This document shows, one piece after another, positions 32,266 through 42,968 of a DNA stretch of 64,000 nucleotides. The translations under genes and the position numbers were made by a program. Source of the stretch: an uncultured Chloroflexia bacterium (GTDB lineage Bacteria > Chloroflexota > Anaerolineae > Anaerolineales > UBA4823); NCBI GenBank assembly GCA_963777935.1, contig CAVZSL010000006.1:53522-117521 (forward strand), in the 5' to 3' direction. Each line of letters begins with the position of its first letter. Within the stretch, counting starts at the first letter, position 1. Under the pieces are notes generated by a model. The model did no database searches, was not told the origin of the DNA, and worked only from the letters and a program-made list of their open reading frames with translations.

Positions 32266-32748
32266 ATGACCCCAACAAATCTGTTGGACGCCATCCGTGT
32301 TGTCAAAGAAAATGAAAGGATCGCATCCCAAAGCTATGCTGAAGCCGCAAATAATATCAGACACTCCATGGGTAAGGAGTTATTCACCCAGTTGAGTGAA
32401 TTTGAGAAATACCATTTACAACAACTGACCATTCTGGAGAAATCTCTTTTGGAAAAAGGCGATTACATTAATTATGGAGGGAAAGCCTTTCCACTCCCGC
32501 CAAAATTCGAGATCAAGGCTGCTGAAGAGCCAAATAAAAAAAGTATGATGCAGATCATTTCTGAAGCAATGGAGCTTGAGAAACAGGCAGAAAAAACTTA
32601 CGCCGACCTGGCGACACAGATCGACGATCCGCAAGGACATCAAATGTTCCTGCGGCTCTCCGAGGAAGAACACAATCATTATCGTCTACTTTCAGAAGCC
32701 TATTGGACGCTGAACGATTTTGGCATGTGGAAGTGGACACGAATCTGA
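32266..32748 (+). CDS. Ferritin-like/rubrerythrin family protein
   Basis: Duplicated E...Y...E-x-x-H motifs (FEKYH, EEHNH); AGGAGG RBS. Confidence 0.85.
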   Translation: MTPTNLLDAIRVVKENERIASQSYAEAANNIRHSMGKELFTQLSEFEKYHLQQLTILEKSLLEKGDYINYGGKAFPLPPKFEIKAAEEPNKKSMMQIISEAMELEKQAEKTYADLATQIDDPQGHQMFLRLSEEEHNHYRLLSEAYWTLNDFGMWKWTRI

Positions 32749-32919
32749 TGTCTTATTAACCTCCCGGCATTCATATATTACTTTTCTCCACATCGATCCA
32801 GACTGTTGGAATATCATTTAGATTTGTAAGGAAGGAAGATTAAAAATAATAGTGAATAATCGACAGCATCATCTGAAAAATAAATAACTAATTCACCTAA
32901 CAATGATGAGGGCTTGCAT

Positions 32920-33474
32920 ATGTCACAATTTGAACAGTCAGATACACAAGATGATGATCAAGATGACAAGAGTTTGAGGCAAACCAGCGGAAGACGGTAT
33001 GTCATGCGTCAAAAAATGGTCTCCATTGGCAATGACTATTGGGTGGAGAATGAACAAGCGGAAAAAGTCTATGAGATAGATGGAAAAATTGGCATCCATA
33101 AAAACTTTATTTTCAAGGATGCCCAAGGAAATAAGCTGGCTAAAATTCACAAAGTCATGCTCACGGTTAAGGAAACGATGGAGATTGAAGGACCGCAGGG
33201 TGAGAAGCTGGCGGTAGTGAAGAAAGATCTCTTTACTCCGCTCAAGGAGCACTTCGTGGTAAATATGGGAAATGGTCCCGATATGGATATTCAAGGGAAC
33301 ATCCTGGATCACGAATATACGATCGGTGATGGCCACAAAAAATTAGCCCAGGTCTCCAAGAAGTTGTTACATGTGCGTGACAGCTACACTATTTTGATTG
33401 AGCCAGGACAGGATGAGGTCATCATCCTAGCGGTGGTGGTGTGCATTGACGAGATGACTCACCCAAGTGGATAG
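32920..33474 (+). CDS. LURP-one/scramblase (Tubby C2) family protein
   Basis: YVMRQKMVSIGNDYWVEN, IQGNILDHEY, VSKK...RDSY, ILAVVVCID. Confidence 0.85.
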   Translation: MSQFEQSDTQDDDQDDKSLRQTSGRRYVMRQKMVSIGNDYWVENEQAEKVYEIDGKIGIHKNFIFKDAQGNKLAKIHKVMLTVKETMEIEGPQGEKLAVVKKDLFTPLKEHFVVNMGNGPDMDIQGNILDHEYTIGDGHKKLAQVSKKLLHVRDSYTILIEPGQDEVIILAVVVCIDEMTHPSG

Positions 33475-33725
33475 CCTACCTGATGATTTATCGGGAAAAT
33501 TCCTTTCATTTCTTCGTCGAAAATATTTGAAAGAAGTAGTGTAAGTTGCTTAGAAACTGATTCTTATGTATACTAGTCGATTGAAAACCTAATCTCAAAT
33601 CCAATACAAGGGAAAATTCTATATTGGTTCCAGTAAGCTGTTTATTCACTAAATCACAGTTTTGTGCTTGATCATGTGTAATAAATGAATAGAACCAATA
33701 TTTTCAAAAAAAGGTGCAAATATCT

Positions 33726-34760
33726 ATGAGAAAAAACGCGCTGTGGCTGATTATCATTGTAGTTTATGGAATATTATTGAGTGGCTGTAATAACAGTACA
33801 CCAGTCAGCACACTACCTCCAACAGAGATTGATTCACCAGGAATAACAGTTACTCTTGAGGCCACTGGCACTCCGATACCTGAGCCCACCAATACGCCAA
33901 AACCGACAGACTTACCAGAAATCCCTACTGCCACGGCGTCAATCGTACCCACATTGGTTGAAACTGAACCAATCACAGGATCCTCACGAACATCTGAAGT
34001 CGATCAGATGGTGCAAGTATACGTTCCGGAAGGCGAATTCATCATGGGCTCGGATGATCCCGAAGCCAAGAGGACAATTGCAGGTGGACGTGCTTACCCC
34101 GAAATTCCCGTGAATACAGTGTATTTGGATGGCTTTTGGATCGATAAATATGAAGTTACCACCGGCCAATATGCGTTATGTGTCGACGCTGGTGTGTGCA
34201 AGCCCCCATTTAATCCCGCCTCCGATACTCGTCCAAAATACTGGGACAATCCTGAATTTTCAGATTATCCCGTAATATGGATCAATTGGTATATGGCCAA
34301 GGCGTATTGCGAGTGGACGGGCAGGAGGCTGCCCACGGAAGCCGAATGGGAGAAGGCTGCGCGGGGAACCGATGGAAGAAGGTACCCTTGGGGGAATGAA
34401 CCTCTGAGCGGCGAACGAGCGAACTTCTGTGATATCAATTGTAACCGGACCATCGCCAATGGGAAATACAACGATGGCTATACCGATACAGCGCCGGTGG
34501 GAAGCTATCCTGCAGGTGCCAGCCCGTATGGTGCTCTGGATATGGCCGGGAATGTGTGGGAATGGACCGGTACGCTCATCATGCCTTACCCGTATGATCC
34601 CAACGACGGGCGTGAAAATCTTGACGTACTTGGTGAGCGTGCCTGGCGCGGAGGCCCATATAGCAATGGTGTATGGTGGATGCGTTCCTCTGTTCGTTAC
34701 CGTTCAGTTCAAGTTTATTGGTGGATGAATTTGGGATTTCGTTGTGCCTCGTCGAATTAA
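33726..34760 (+). CDS. Lipoprotein with formylglycine-generating enzyme (SUMF1/FGE-sulfatase) domain
   Basis: LLSGC lipobox, Thr/Pro linker, FIMGS, KYEVT, RLPTEAEWEKAARG, DMAGNVWEW and GFRCA. Confidence 0.9.
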   Translation: MRKNALWLIIIVVYGILLSGCNNSTPVSTLPPTEIDSPGITVTLEATGTPIPEPTNTPKPTDLPEIPTATASIVPTLVETEPITGSSRTSEVDQMVQVYVPEGEFIMGSDDPEAKRTIAGGRAYPEIPVNTVYLDGFWIDKYEVTTGQYALCVDAGVCKPPFNPASDTRPKYWDNPEFSDYPVIWINWYMAKAYCEWTGRRLPTEAEWEKAARGTDGRRYPWGNEPLSGERANFCDINCNRTIANGKYNDGYTDTAPVGSYPAGASPYGALDMAGNVWEWTGTLIMPYPYDPNDGRENLDVLGERAWRGGPYSNGVWWMRSSVRYRSVQVYWWMNLGFRCASSN

Positions 34761-35049
34761 CTGCGAATTCATCCACAAAAAGTATCAACGCATTTTAAAG
34801 AAAGCCACCTGTAAAACGCAATCCGATGGTAATGAATGGATCCGTATATCCGCGCCTTTGCGGAAGGGAGGAATAGATATACCCACCACATTCTCCTACT
34901 TGTTGAAATCGACTTATAAAAGTACGATAGTATTGTTATAACTTACCTAGGACCAATCAAGTCACCTACCATTTGACCTTGTATATGCATGTGGATATAA
35001 TCCACATATCGTCTGGATTCCCAATCGAAAGTAATAGGAGGAACAAATA

Positions 35050-35685
35050 ATGGCAGAACCGCTTGATGCAATTATGGCAATCCATAATGCCTTTCGGCAC
35101 GATATGAGCATCATCGACACTGCGGCGCTCGAAACAGCACGCGGCAAGCCGGGGCTTGCTCCAACGGTCGAGCGATACCGGTTTTTTAACGAGATACTGG
35201 TATGGCATGCACATGGCGAGGAATTAGCCATCTTCCCCGCGCTAGAAGCCGTCGTACCTTCGGTCGCCGAGGCGTATTTGAGAGATCACCACGGTCTGGA
35301 TGCTGCATTCGAGGCAATGGACAAGGCGTATTCTGCAGGTGATGTGTTGGAGACTGCCCGCGCCTCTGCTGCATTCAAATTCCACCTCGACATCCACTTG
35401 GCGAAAGAAGATGCGCATCTGTATCGCCTTGTTAGGGAGCGCGTTCCCATGGAAGAACTGGGAAAGGCAGTCGGTATCATGTCTAGCAGCGTGCCGCAAG
35501 AGCGTTTTCCGGAGGTGATCGCATGGGAATTTCCTTTGATTGGCCTCGACGACCGCGAGAATATGACCCGAATCTTACAAATGGTGATGCCGCCACCCGT
35601 GTTTGCGCAAGTCAAACAACTTATCCAAAAGACAATCGGCAATGACTGGGCAGAACTGGTGCAGCGAATACCTTCGCTTGCGTAA
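35050..35685 (+). CDS. Hemerythrin/HHE domain protein
   Basis: H..FR, HAHGEE..IFP, DH and HLAKED motifs; AGGAGG RBS. Confidence 0.85.
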   Translation: MAEPLDAIMAIHNAFRHDMSIIDTAALETARGKPGLAPTVERYRFFNEILVWHAHGEELAIFPALEAVVPSVAEAYLRDHHGLDAAFEAMDKAYSAGDVLETARASAAFKFHLDIHLAKEDAHLYRLVRERVPMEELGKAVGIMSSSVPQERFPEVIAWEFPLIGLDDRENMTRILQMVMPPPVFAQVKQLIQKTIGNDWAELVQRIPSLA

Positions 35686-36050
35686 TATGTAAACGAACAG
35701 TCTTTAATATTGACAAATGAAACAGCGGTCTCGAGAGTGGGACAGCTGCGCGGTTTTTCCCTTTCCAGCCGTATGCTTGACCTTTCATCAACCGGAGAGT
35801 CAACCCAAGCATGCCTATGGATGAGGGTAGTGCCCTATTTATCAGGCTCTCCACATTTGCCATATAAGAATGACGATGGATACCAAAAAGTGGGACACCT
35901 GTGAGCTGACCACATTACTTGAACCCGCATACTTTATTAAATATTGATAATTAAAAAGGAAAAAATAGTTTAATTTTCCTGTCATGAAAGCAAACTCAGA
36001 CTAGAAGACGGTGTACTTATTTTTAAAATGAGCTGATGATAAGCTAACCA

Positions 36051-36974
36051 ATGGCAAGTATTCAAAGTCACATTGTGTCATATTGGATCAGGCGGTTGAA
36101 TTTTTTCGGTGGTGGTAAAGTTGACCCACAAAGCCTCCGACAGCGCACTGAGAGACTAGCCAGCAAATCCAGACCACACAGGAAAGTGCGGGTCGTCCCC
36201 ATCGGAGTTGACGCAATACCCTCAGAGTGGTTGACCCCGATTGGTGCACCCCAGGATCGGGCAATGTTGTATATCCACGGTGGCGCCTGGTTCATGGGGT
36301 CAACCCAAACCCATCGAGCTTTCGTGTCCAGGCTTGCCTTTGAATGCGGAATCAGTACGCTAGCGATCAATTATCGTCTGGCTCCAGAAAATCCGTTCCC
36401 GGCTGGCCTGCATGACTGCATTGCAGGTTATGATTGGCTAATCCGTGCGGGAATCTCACCCGATAAAATAATCGTAGCAGGTGATTTGGCCGGTGGAAAC
36501 CTCACCCTGGCGCTGCTTATCGCACTGCGGGAGGCAGGCAAGCCTCTTCCAGCTGGGGCAGTCGCCTTATCCCCAGTAACTGACCTTGCCGGTACCGGGG
36601 AATCCCACAAAACCCGCCTGCACCTCGACCCATTCTTCTCAAATCTTGGTTCCAATAAAATCATCCGGGACTATATTGGCGACCACGATCCGCGTGAAGC
36701 GTTGATTTCACCCCTTTATGCTGATCTGCATGGATTGCCACCTCTTCTGATACACGTTGGAGATAATGAGGTCCTGCTGGATGACGCGGTGAGATTTGGA
36801 GATCGCGCTAAGGCTGCTGGTGTAACCGTGAATACAGTGGTTTGGCCAGGCATGTTCCATGTTTTCCAGACATTTTCACCAATTTTGCCCGAAGCAAGGC
36901 AGGCAATTAAACAAATAGCAAGATTTATCAGGTCACGGGTGGATGGTGTGTTCGTCGATGGAAAAAAAGTCTGA
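36051..36974 (+). CDS. Alpha/beta hydrolase (HSL/family IV esterase) with GDLAGG in place of catalytic GDSAGG
   Basis: HGGA oxyanion hole, YRLAPENPFPA, E.LLDD and MFHVF; nucleophile codon is TTG at 36486-36488. Confidence 0.88.
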   Translation: MASIQSHIVSYWIRRLNFFGGGKVDPQSLRQRTERLASKSRPHRKVRVVPIGVDAIPSEWLTPIGAPQDRAMLYIHGGAWFMGSTQTHRAFVSRLAFECGISTLAINYRLAPENPFPAGLHDCIAGYDWLIRAGISPDKIIVAGDLAGGNLTLALLIALREAGKPLPAGAVALSPVTDLAGTGESHKTRLHLDPFFSNLGSNKIIRDYIGDHDPREALISPLYADLHGLPPLLIHVGDNEVLLDDAVRFGDRAKAAGVTVNTVVWPGMFHVFQTFSPILPEARQAIKQIARFIRSRVDGVFVDGKKV

Positions 36975-37116
36975 AATAGCTGGCGTGAGGTGGCTAGGTT
37001 TACCTCGTATTGACCAGACTACAAACTATGTATTTCTTTGGTAGAAGAATATGCTGTTAAGACAATCCTTATTTCACCAATCAGATTAACCCGTCATCCA
37101 ACAAGGAGGCAAAACA

Positions 37117-37524
37117 ATGTTAGGATATATCATCATTAGCGTTGTAAGTGGAGTTATATTTGGCGTCCTGGATGGCGTGATCAATGCCAATCCTCTGGCC
37201 CAAAGATTATTAAAGGTCTACAAGCCAATCGCAAAAACATCTGTCAATCCGATTGCAGGCATCCTGATTGACCTTGTATTTGGATTCGTCATGGCCGGAG
37301 TTTTTCTGCTGCTCCACAACAGCCTGCCAGGCTCGACGGGATTGATCAAAGGGGTGAGTTTTGCTCTACTGGTTTGGTTTTTCCGGGTTGTCATGGCTGT
37401 TGCCTCTCAATGGATGATGTTCACCATACCCATTGAAACCTTGCTCTATACGCTTGCCACCGGATTGGGTGAGATGCTGATCATTGGCATACTTTATGGG
37501 CTGACATTAAAACCAATGATGTAA
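37117..37524 (+). CDS. Hypothetical 4-TM membrane protein
   Basis: AAGGAGG RBS; four hydrophobic segments. Confidence 0.8.
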   Translation: MLGYIIISVVSGVIFGVLDGVINANPLAQRLLKVYKPIAKTSVNPIAGILIDLVFGFVMAGVFLLLHNSLPGSTGLIKGVSFALLVWFFRVVMAVASQWMMFTIPIETLLYTLATGLGEMLIIGILYGLTLKPMM

Positions 37525-37641
37525 ACGACCGTGAGATTTCACAACGGCCAGGATTATCCATAGCTTCATCTGACGTTTCATCAACCATAAAAACGAGTAT
37601 CTCTGGTTGACTTTTCAACCAATCCGTCCTAAACTATCCCC

Positions 37642-39220
37642 ATGCTTGCACGCGTCTTCTCCTGCGCTGTGATCGGCCTGGATGGCGTGGTGGTCGAAGT
37701 CGAGGTGGATACAGGCCTCGGACTACCCGGCATGACCATCGTCGGCTTGCCCGATGCAGCCGTCCAGGAGAGCCGCGAACGCGTCCAGGCAGCAGTCAAG
37801 AATGCCGGCATCGAATTTCCCCGTAAGCGTATCATCGTTAATTTAGCCCCCGCCTCCGTACGCAAGGAAGGACCCGCATACGACCTGCCCATTGCCCTGG
37901 GTGTGTTGGTCATGATGGGCAGGCTACCACAGCCTGCCTGCGATGAAGCCATGGTGGTCGGCGAGCTCTCCCTGGATGGAAGTGTGCGCCATTCACGTGG
38001 CATCTTGCCCATGACCGTCGTCGCACGGCAGCAGGGCTTCAAGCGCATCTTCGTCCCCAAGGTCGATGCCACCGAAGCTGCCCTGATCCCCAACCTGGAG
38101 GTCATCCCCGTCAGCACACTGACTGAGCTGTATGGCCACCTCACCGGCAGGTATCCCATCCCGCCCCAGCCTCCAATCAAACCCGAGGAGCTACCTGTTA
38201 TCACACAGACCGACTTTCAGGAAATCAAGGGGCAGGAGCATGTTAAACGTGCCTTTGAAGTGGCAGCAGCTGGTGGGCACAACATGCTGATGGTCGGTCC
38301 GCCTGGGGCGGGTAAAACACTCCTGGCGCGTGCCATGCCTGGTATTCTGCCACGCCTGACCATCGAAGAAGCGCTGGATGTGACCCGCATTTATTCGGTG
38401 GCGGACCAACTTCCACAGGACACACCCCTGATCCAAAACCGCCCCTTCCGTTCTCCACACCACACCATATCCCACGCCGGGTTGGTGGGAGGCGGGAACT
38501 GGCCTCACCCGGGCGAGATATCCCTGGCACACCGCGGTGTGCTCTTCCTGGATGAGCTGCCCGAGTTTGGCCCACGCGTGCTGGAGGTGATGCGCCAGCC
38601 CATCGAAGATAAGCTGGTCACCATCAGCCGGGCACAGGGCTCTTTAACATTTCCAGCCAATTTCCAATTGATTGCTGCCATGAATCCATGTCCATGCGGC
38701 TTTTTCGGCGACCCCGTCAAACCCTGCACCTGCTCTCCCGGCATCGTCACCAAATACCAGAAACGCATCTCCGGTCCCTTGCTCGACCGCATCGACATCC
38801 ATATCGAGGTGCCGCGCGTGGAGTATGACAAATTGAGCGACCAGCGCCTGGGCGAGCCTTCTGCGGTTATCCAGAAACGGGTGGAGGCAGCCCGGCAGCG
38901 CCAGCGCGAGCGATTTAGTGTAGGGGCGAAGCAAGCTGATTTAGGGGATAATCCAATGCGTTAACAACGCTTCGCCCACATCCATACAATGCAACGCTGA
39001 CATGCGCCCGGCGGAGGTGCGCCAGTTCTGCGAGCTGGACGAGACCAGCCGGGCACTCATGCGCTCCGCCATGAACCAGCTACAGCTTTCCGCCCGGGCT
39101 TACCACCGCATCCTCAAGCTCGCCCGCACCATCGCCGACCTGGCTGGCAGCGAGCACATCCAACCTGCCCACCTGGCAGAGGCACTGCAGTACAGACCGA
39201 GGATGATGGAGATGAGGTGA
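37642..39220 (+). CDS. comM: ComM/YifB Mg-chelatase-like AAA+ ATPase, split by +1 frameshift near 38961
   Basis: [57 protein letters not shown]; C-terminal CNADM...[19 protein letters not shown]...EALQYR lies in the next frame. Confidence 0.92.
38919..38980 (+). repeat. GTAG-type REP-like palindromic element inside comM
   Basis: TGTAGGGGCGAAGC ... GCTTCGCCCACA inverted arms (perfect 9-bp core GGGCGAAGC/GCTTCGCCC) around a 36-nt spacer. Confidence 0.65.
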
Positions 39221-39491
39221 CAGGTTATGGCTCGTTGGCAATACCTTCGCATATCAGGCAGGGGGCAATAGTTGAAAACCTATTCACCTTTTGTTCATGC
39301 ATATTAGGTTACAACTTTTCACATCGAAGTTCTATTGAGGTAATTTTATTATTTACTCAACCATACGACTGTCGGAAGTAAATATCTACAGCTAAATCAG
39401 AAGAAATATGATATTTATATTATCCCAATAAGGTCTTATTAGTATATAATATGGTATAATACTTTTATCCTAATCAAAGAGGGAGAGACGA

Positions 39492-40146
39492 ATGATAAAA
39501 ACTGGTGACATTATTGAAAATCCTATAAATCAGAAAAAGGAACCTATGACAATAGGCAACTTCTCAGCCCCTACAATTGGCTGGGTGGCAATCGTAACAG
39601 GAGTTCTCAGCCATACTTGCAGTGATATTTCTCACCCTGATGGCTACGGTGAATATGTCCTTTGGCAAGGTCAATGATATTTTCAACGCTATTATCGGGA
39701 TCTCAAGTGCGGTTCTGGCGTGGATGTTGTACGCCGAACATCATGCGAAGTCACCGTTGATGAGTCAAATCGCGCTTGCCCTTGCGGTGGTTGGTGCGAT
39801 CTTTACCATTGTCGGGTCGGTCCTGATCATTTATGGCTTCACAGACTTTGTTTTGGCTGGGTGGTATACAGGGGTAGGGTACGCATTGATCGGCTTGTGG
39901 CTGGTGGCATTTTGTTATTCCATGCAACACGGTGACGCACTGCCACACAACCTGATTATATTTGGGCTTGTCGTGGGTGCGTTCATGGTAGTTGGACTGA
40001 TCGGTATTCCAGGGATATTCACTGGAATTGATAGCATGGAGTCCATGCCATGGTATCTCTATTTAGCATTTTTTGGCTATTTAGGAACATATATCCTGTA
40101 TCCAATCTGGACGATTTTGCTGGGTCGAAATCTTCTACTCAAATGA
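39492..40146 (+). CDS. Hypothetical multi-pass membrane protein, +1 frameshift near 39611
   Basis: GWVAIVTGVLS continues as ILAVIFLTLMATV after a one-base correction; alternative start 39546. Confidence 0.7.
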
Positions 40147-40215
40147 ATAACCATATAATACATTAGCGAGTGTCATAGTATTTTATGCAAATAACTTCTA
40201 CTTTTATATAGTGCC

Positions 40216-40250
40216 GCCGAACAATTCGTGCAGTGGACAGGTGGGGATTC
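40216..40250 (+). mobile_element. Degenerate attC-like half site
   Basis: GCCGAAC (R''-like) followed by AATTCGTGCAGTGGACAGGTGGGGATTC shortly after a stop codon; no matching right arm seen. Confidence 0.4.
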
Positions 40251-40544
40251 ACGATGTGAATTGTAAGTGAAACAATGCCCTCATGAAGTCCATCACAAAG
40301 GTATCGCGCATAAACGCAGTGACTTAGGTCATCCAGCATCTAAATTTATAAGGTAAGATTACTAAATATTTGTCGTCTTACATGGATTTCGCCCGTATTG
40401 CTTCTTACTTCCAATTTATCAGAATACAAGCAGGAAGTACATATAACGATTCTATTTCGTAGCGATTGAGCATTCAGGAATATACCACGTACTATTTCAA
40501 AAACTTTCCTCTAACCCCACTTGCACCTCCTTTCGTGAAATAAT

Positions 40545-41063
40545 ATGCCAATCCTCGCCCCTTCACAAGCATTACTCATCGGTTTCATCGTTGCACCAAG
40601 CATATTCATCATATGCGCCTATTTCACTCATGCCACGCGACGTCACATCCTTGGGGCGATGGTTGGTGGAATCCTGTATGCCATCATAAATTATAGTTGG
40701 GATCGCGTTGCCGCTGCCTTCGGCTGGTGGACTTACCCAAGCTGGACAGCCAACGGTCAATTTCCATTGACTGGCTATCTCCTGGCTGGTATTGTGGGTG
40801 GAGCATTTGGTCTCGTAGGGTGGCGCATCATCCGGCGTTGGGGTTGGAAAGGATTCGCTGTCTTTCTGTTATTCTGGGCGATATATGGTTTTGTTCATGA
40901 TTACGGCGGCTCACGTTTGTTTGCAAGCAGCGATCTGATGGTGTTTGGAAAAGGGTTTGTATCCATCATCGCTAATATGCTTTGGTATGTAATTGGGAAC
41001 GCCGCGGTACAAGCTGCTATTTGGCTAATTGGTGAATCTCCTGTCAAGGTTCGTAAAAGCTAG
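40545..41063 (+). CDS. Hypothetical membrane protein
   Basis: 172 aa with about 5 TM segments, GWW.YP motif. Confidence 0.75.
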   Translation: MPILAPSQALLIGFIVAPSIFIICAYFTHATRRHILGAMVGGILYAIINYSWDRVAAAFGWWTYPSWTANGQFPLTGYLLAGIVGGAFGLVGWRIIRRWGWKGFAVFLLFWAIYGFVHDYGGSRLFASSDLMVFGKGFVSIIANMLWYVIGNAAVQAAIWLIGESPVKVRKS

Positions 41064-41454
41064 AGGGCGCCATACTGCCAGTCGTCATTCTTGAAACTCC
41101 GAAACCAAGTCAATTATGCAATAAGGGTGGGCTAAGAAAGGGTGAAGTGAACAGTCGGTTTCCATTATCCATCATTAATTTAAGGGCACACGACGCCCTT
41201 TTATAACGCTGTGATTACTGGATGGAATGTTTTAGGGTGGAAATCCAGACGAAAATATATTGCATGTAGTTTGAAGATACTCTATACTAATATCAATGCT
41301 TGGGATTTATTCAACAGGTTGAACACGCATGCCCCGATTATGAAGAGTATTAGCAGGATATTCATACCTTGGTGCCTGAATAAACGGAAATATCGCCACA
41401 TATCGGATGACAGTAGAATCAATGGTTAGCCGCCTCTCTGTGATGTGAAACAAT

Positions 41455-42138
41455 ATGAACACAAAGCTTATTGCACTTTATATCTTGGATCAAATCCTGG
41501 GTATCGCCGGTATGGGCTTGGCTCTATTCTGGTCAGCCGGGCGGATTGACTGGTGGGCTGCCTGGGCAGCCATCGCTGTGTGGCTGGCTTTTTATACGGC
41601 GATGGATATTCTCCTGCTCCGCTTCAACCCCAAATTGATGGCTGAGCGCCTGAACCCCCCAAAGGGAGCCAAGACCTGGGATAGAGCCATCATGAGCATC
41701 TTTCGCCTTACAACATTGGTGCGTTATATCCTCGCTGGTCTTGATCAGCGTTATGGCTGGACGGTTGGTTTTCCTGTAGCGGCTCAACTGGCCGGGTTGG
41801 TTGTGTGTGTTCTGGGCTATGCTCTACTCGCCTGGTCGATGACCTCCAACGCCTTCTTCTCGCAGATCGTTCGCATACAGTCAGACCGTGGTCAGACGGT
41901 TGTCACCCATGGTCCATACCGCTATGTGCGTCACCCAGGTTACATCGGCATGATTCTCTTTGAACTGGCCATGTCCATCCTACTCGCTTCTTGGGTGTCT
42001 TTACTCGCCAGCGGATTGTGCGCAATCCTGCTGATCGTCCGTACAGCTCTCGAAGACCGTACCTTACTGGACGAGCTGACCGGCTATGAGGATTATGCTC
42101 GCCAGGTGCATTACCGCCTGTTACCAGGTATCTGGTAA
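41455..42138 (+). CDS. Isoprenylcysteine carboxyl methyltransferase (ICMT/PEMT) family protein
   Basis: NAFFS..VRIQ, VVTHGPYRYVRHPGY, EDRTL...GY..Y...V.YRLLPGIW. Confidence 0.9.
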   Translation: MNTKLIALYILDQILGIAGMGLALFWSAGRIDWWAAWAAIAVWLAFYTAMDILLLRFNPKLMAERLNPPKGAKTWDRAIMSIFRLTTLVRYILAGLDQRYGWTVGFPVAAQLAGLVVCVLGYALLAWSMTSNAFFSQIVRIQSDRGQTVVTHGPYRYVRHPGYIGMILFELAMSILLASWVSLLASGLCAILLIVRTALEDRTLLDELTGYEDYARQVHYRLLPGIW

Positions 42139-42171
42139 TCGCATCTTTTGACTATTATGAAGTTGTAAGAC

Positions 42172-42318
42172 GACTAACACCGGCTAAAGCATACAGCGGC
42201 TCCGCTGCTGATAGTATGCGCGTGGGCGAACCGGAACCTTGAGATCAGGATATTTTCAAGTAAATCTATATTACATGTGGCATGATATAGCAAGAATCCA
42301 TAGAATCAGGGGTTAGGT
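42172..42318 (+). mobile_element. Degenerate attC-like site between ICMT and the next gene
   Basis: GACTAAC (42172-42178) and GTTAGGT (42312-42318, fits GTTRRRY) have complementary cores; internal hairpin GCATAC-AGCGG-CT-CCGCT...GTATGC. Confidence 0.4.
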
Positions 42319-42346
42319 TTCATTTCATATAACGATCATAAGAAAA

Positions 42347-42856
42347 ATGAAGGAATTAAATATGGAATCATTTCATGAATATATAAATGAGTATAGAAAA
42401 CAACTTGAGAAGGGTTTTATTAAAAAGGCATATAAAGGATTGATGGAATCTATCATGGAAATAAGAACACATTTTAAAAACAAATATCCTGATTATTTTG
42501 TATCTGGTAGTATTTATTATGGATACATGGATATGACATATTTTTCCTTCTTTCCAAAATCATTTAAAAATCGAAAATTGAAAATTGCAATCGTTTTTAT
42601 TCATGATACATTTAGATTTGAAGCTTGGTTAGCAGGGTATAACAAACAGATTCAATCAAAATATTGGAAATTATTCAAGGAAAGCGACTGGAATAAATAC
42701 CACCTTGTATCAACAACGAAAGGCGTTGATTCTATTCTAGAACACATTTTAGTTGACAATCCTGATTTTAGTGATTTAGATACGTTAACAAAACATATAG
42801 AGGGAGAGGCTTTGAAATTTATTAAGGATGTTGAGGGCTTCTTATCAAAACATTAA
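42347..42856 (+). CDS. Conserved hypothetical protein (AT-rich gene)
   Basis: YYGYMDMTYFSF, LKIAIVF.H..RFE.WL.G.NK; visibly lower GC than neighbours; alternative start 42362. Confidence 0.75.
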   Translation: MKELNMESFHEYINEYRKQLEKGFIKKAYKGLMESIMEIRTHFKNKYPDYFVSGSIYYGYMDMTYFSFFPKSFKNRKLKIAIVFIHDTFRFEAWLAGYNKQIQSKYWKLFKESDWNKYHLVSTTKGVDSILEHILVDNPDFSDLDTLTKHIEGEALKFIKDVEGFLSKH

Positions 42857-42968
42857 AACTGACTCTGATGTTAAACTCATTGCACCGAAAAGATTGCATA
42901 TATTTTGACTGGTTCTAATACTCGTACGAAAATGCTTATGATCACTATAAAGAGGAGTAAGTTATAAC

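Noticed and set aside
33726-34760. FGE-domain protein as maturase for the sulfatase-like proteins at 10.9-13.9 kb
   Set aside because: The putative targets lack the C/S-x-P-x-R motif, the FGE protein lacks the catalytic Cys pair near RGG, and the genes are unlinked
37629-38934. Long antisense ORFs over comM (similarly 48266-48916, 60953-61360, 61921-62412)
   Set aside because: Shadow ORFs opposite well-supported genes, with no recognisable motifs or RBS
41211-41429. 72-aa ORF, and short ORFs in 43620-44108 and 45149-46248
   Set aside because: No RBS or recognisable motif in AT-rich spacers; possibly gene relics but not supportable
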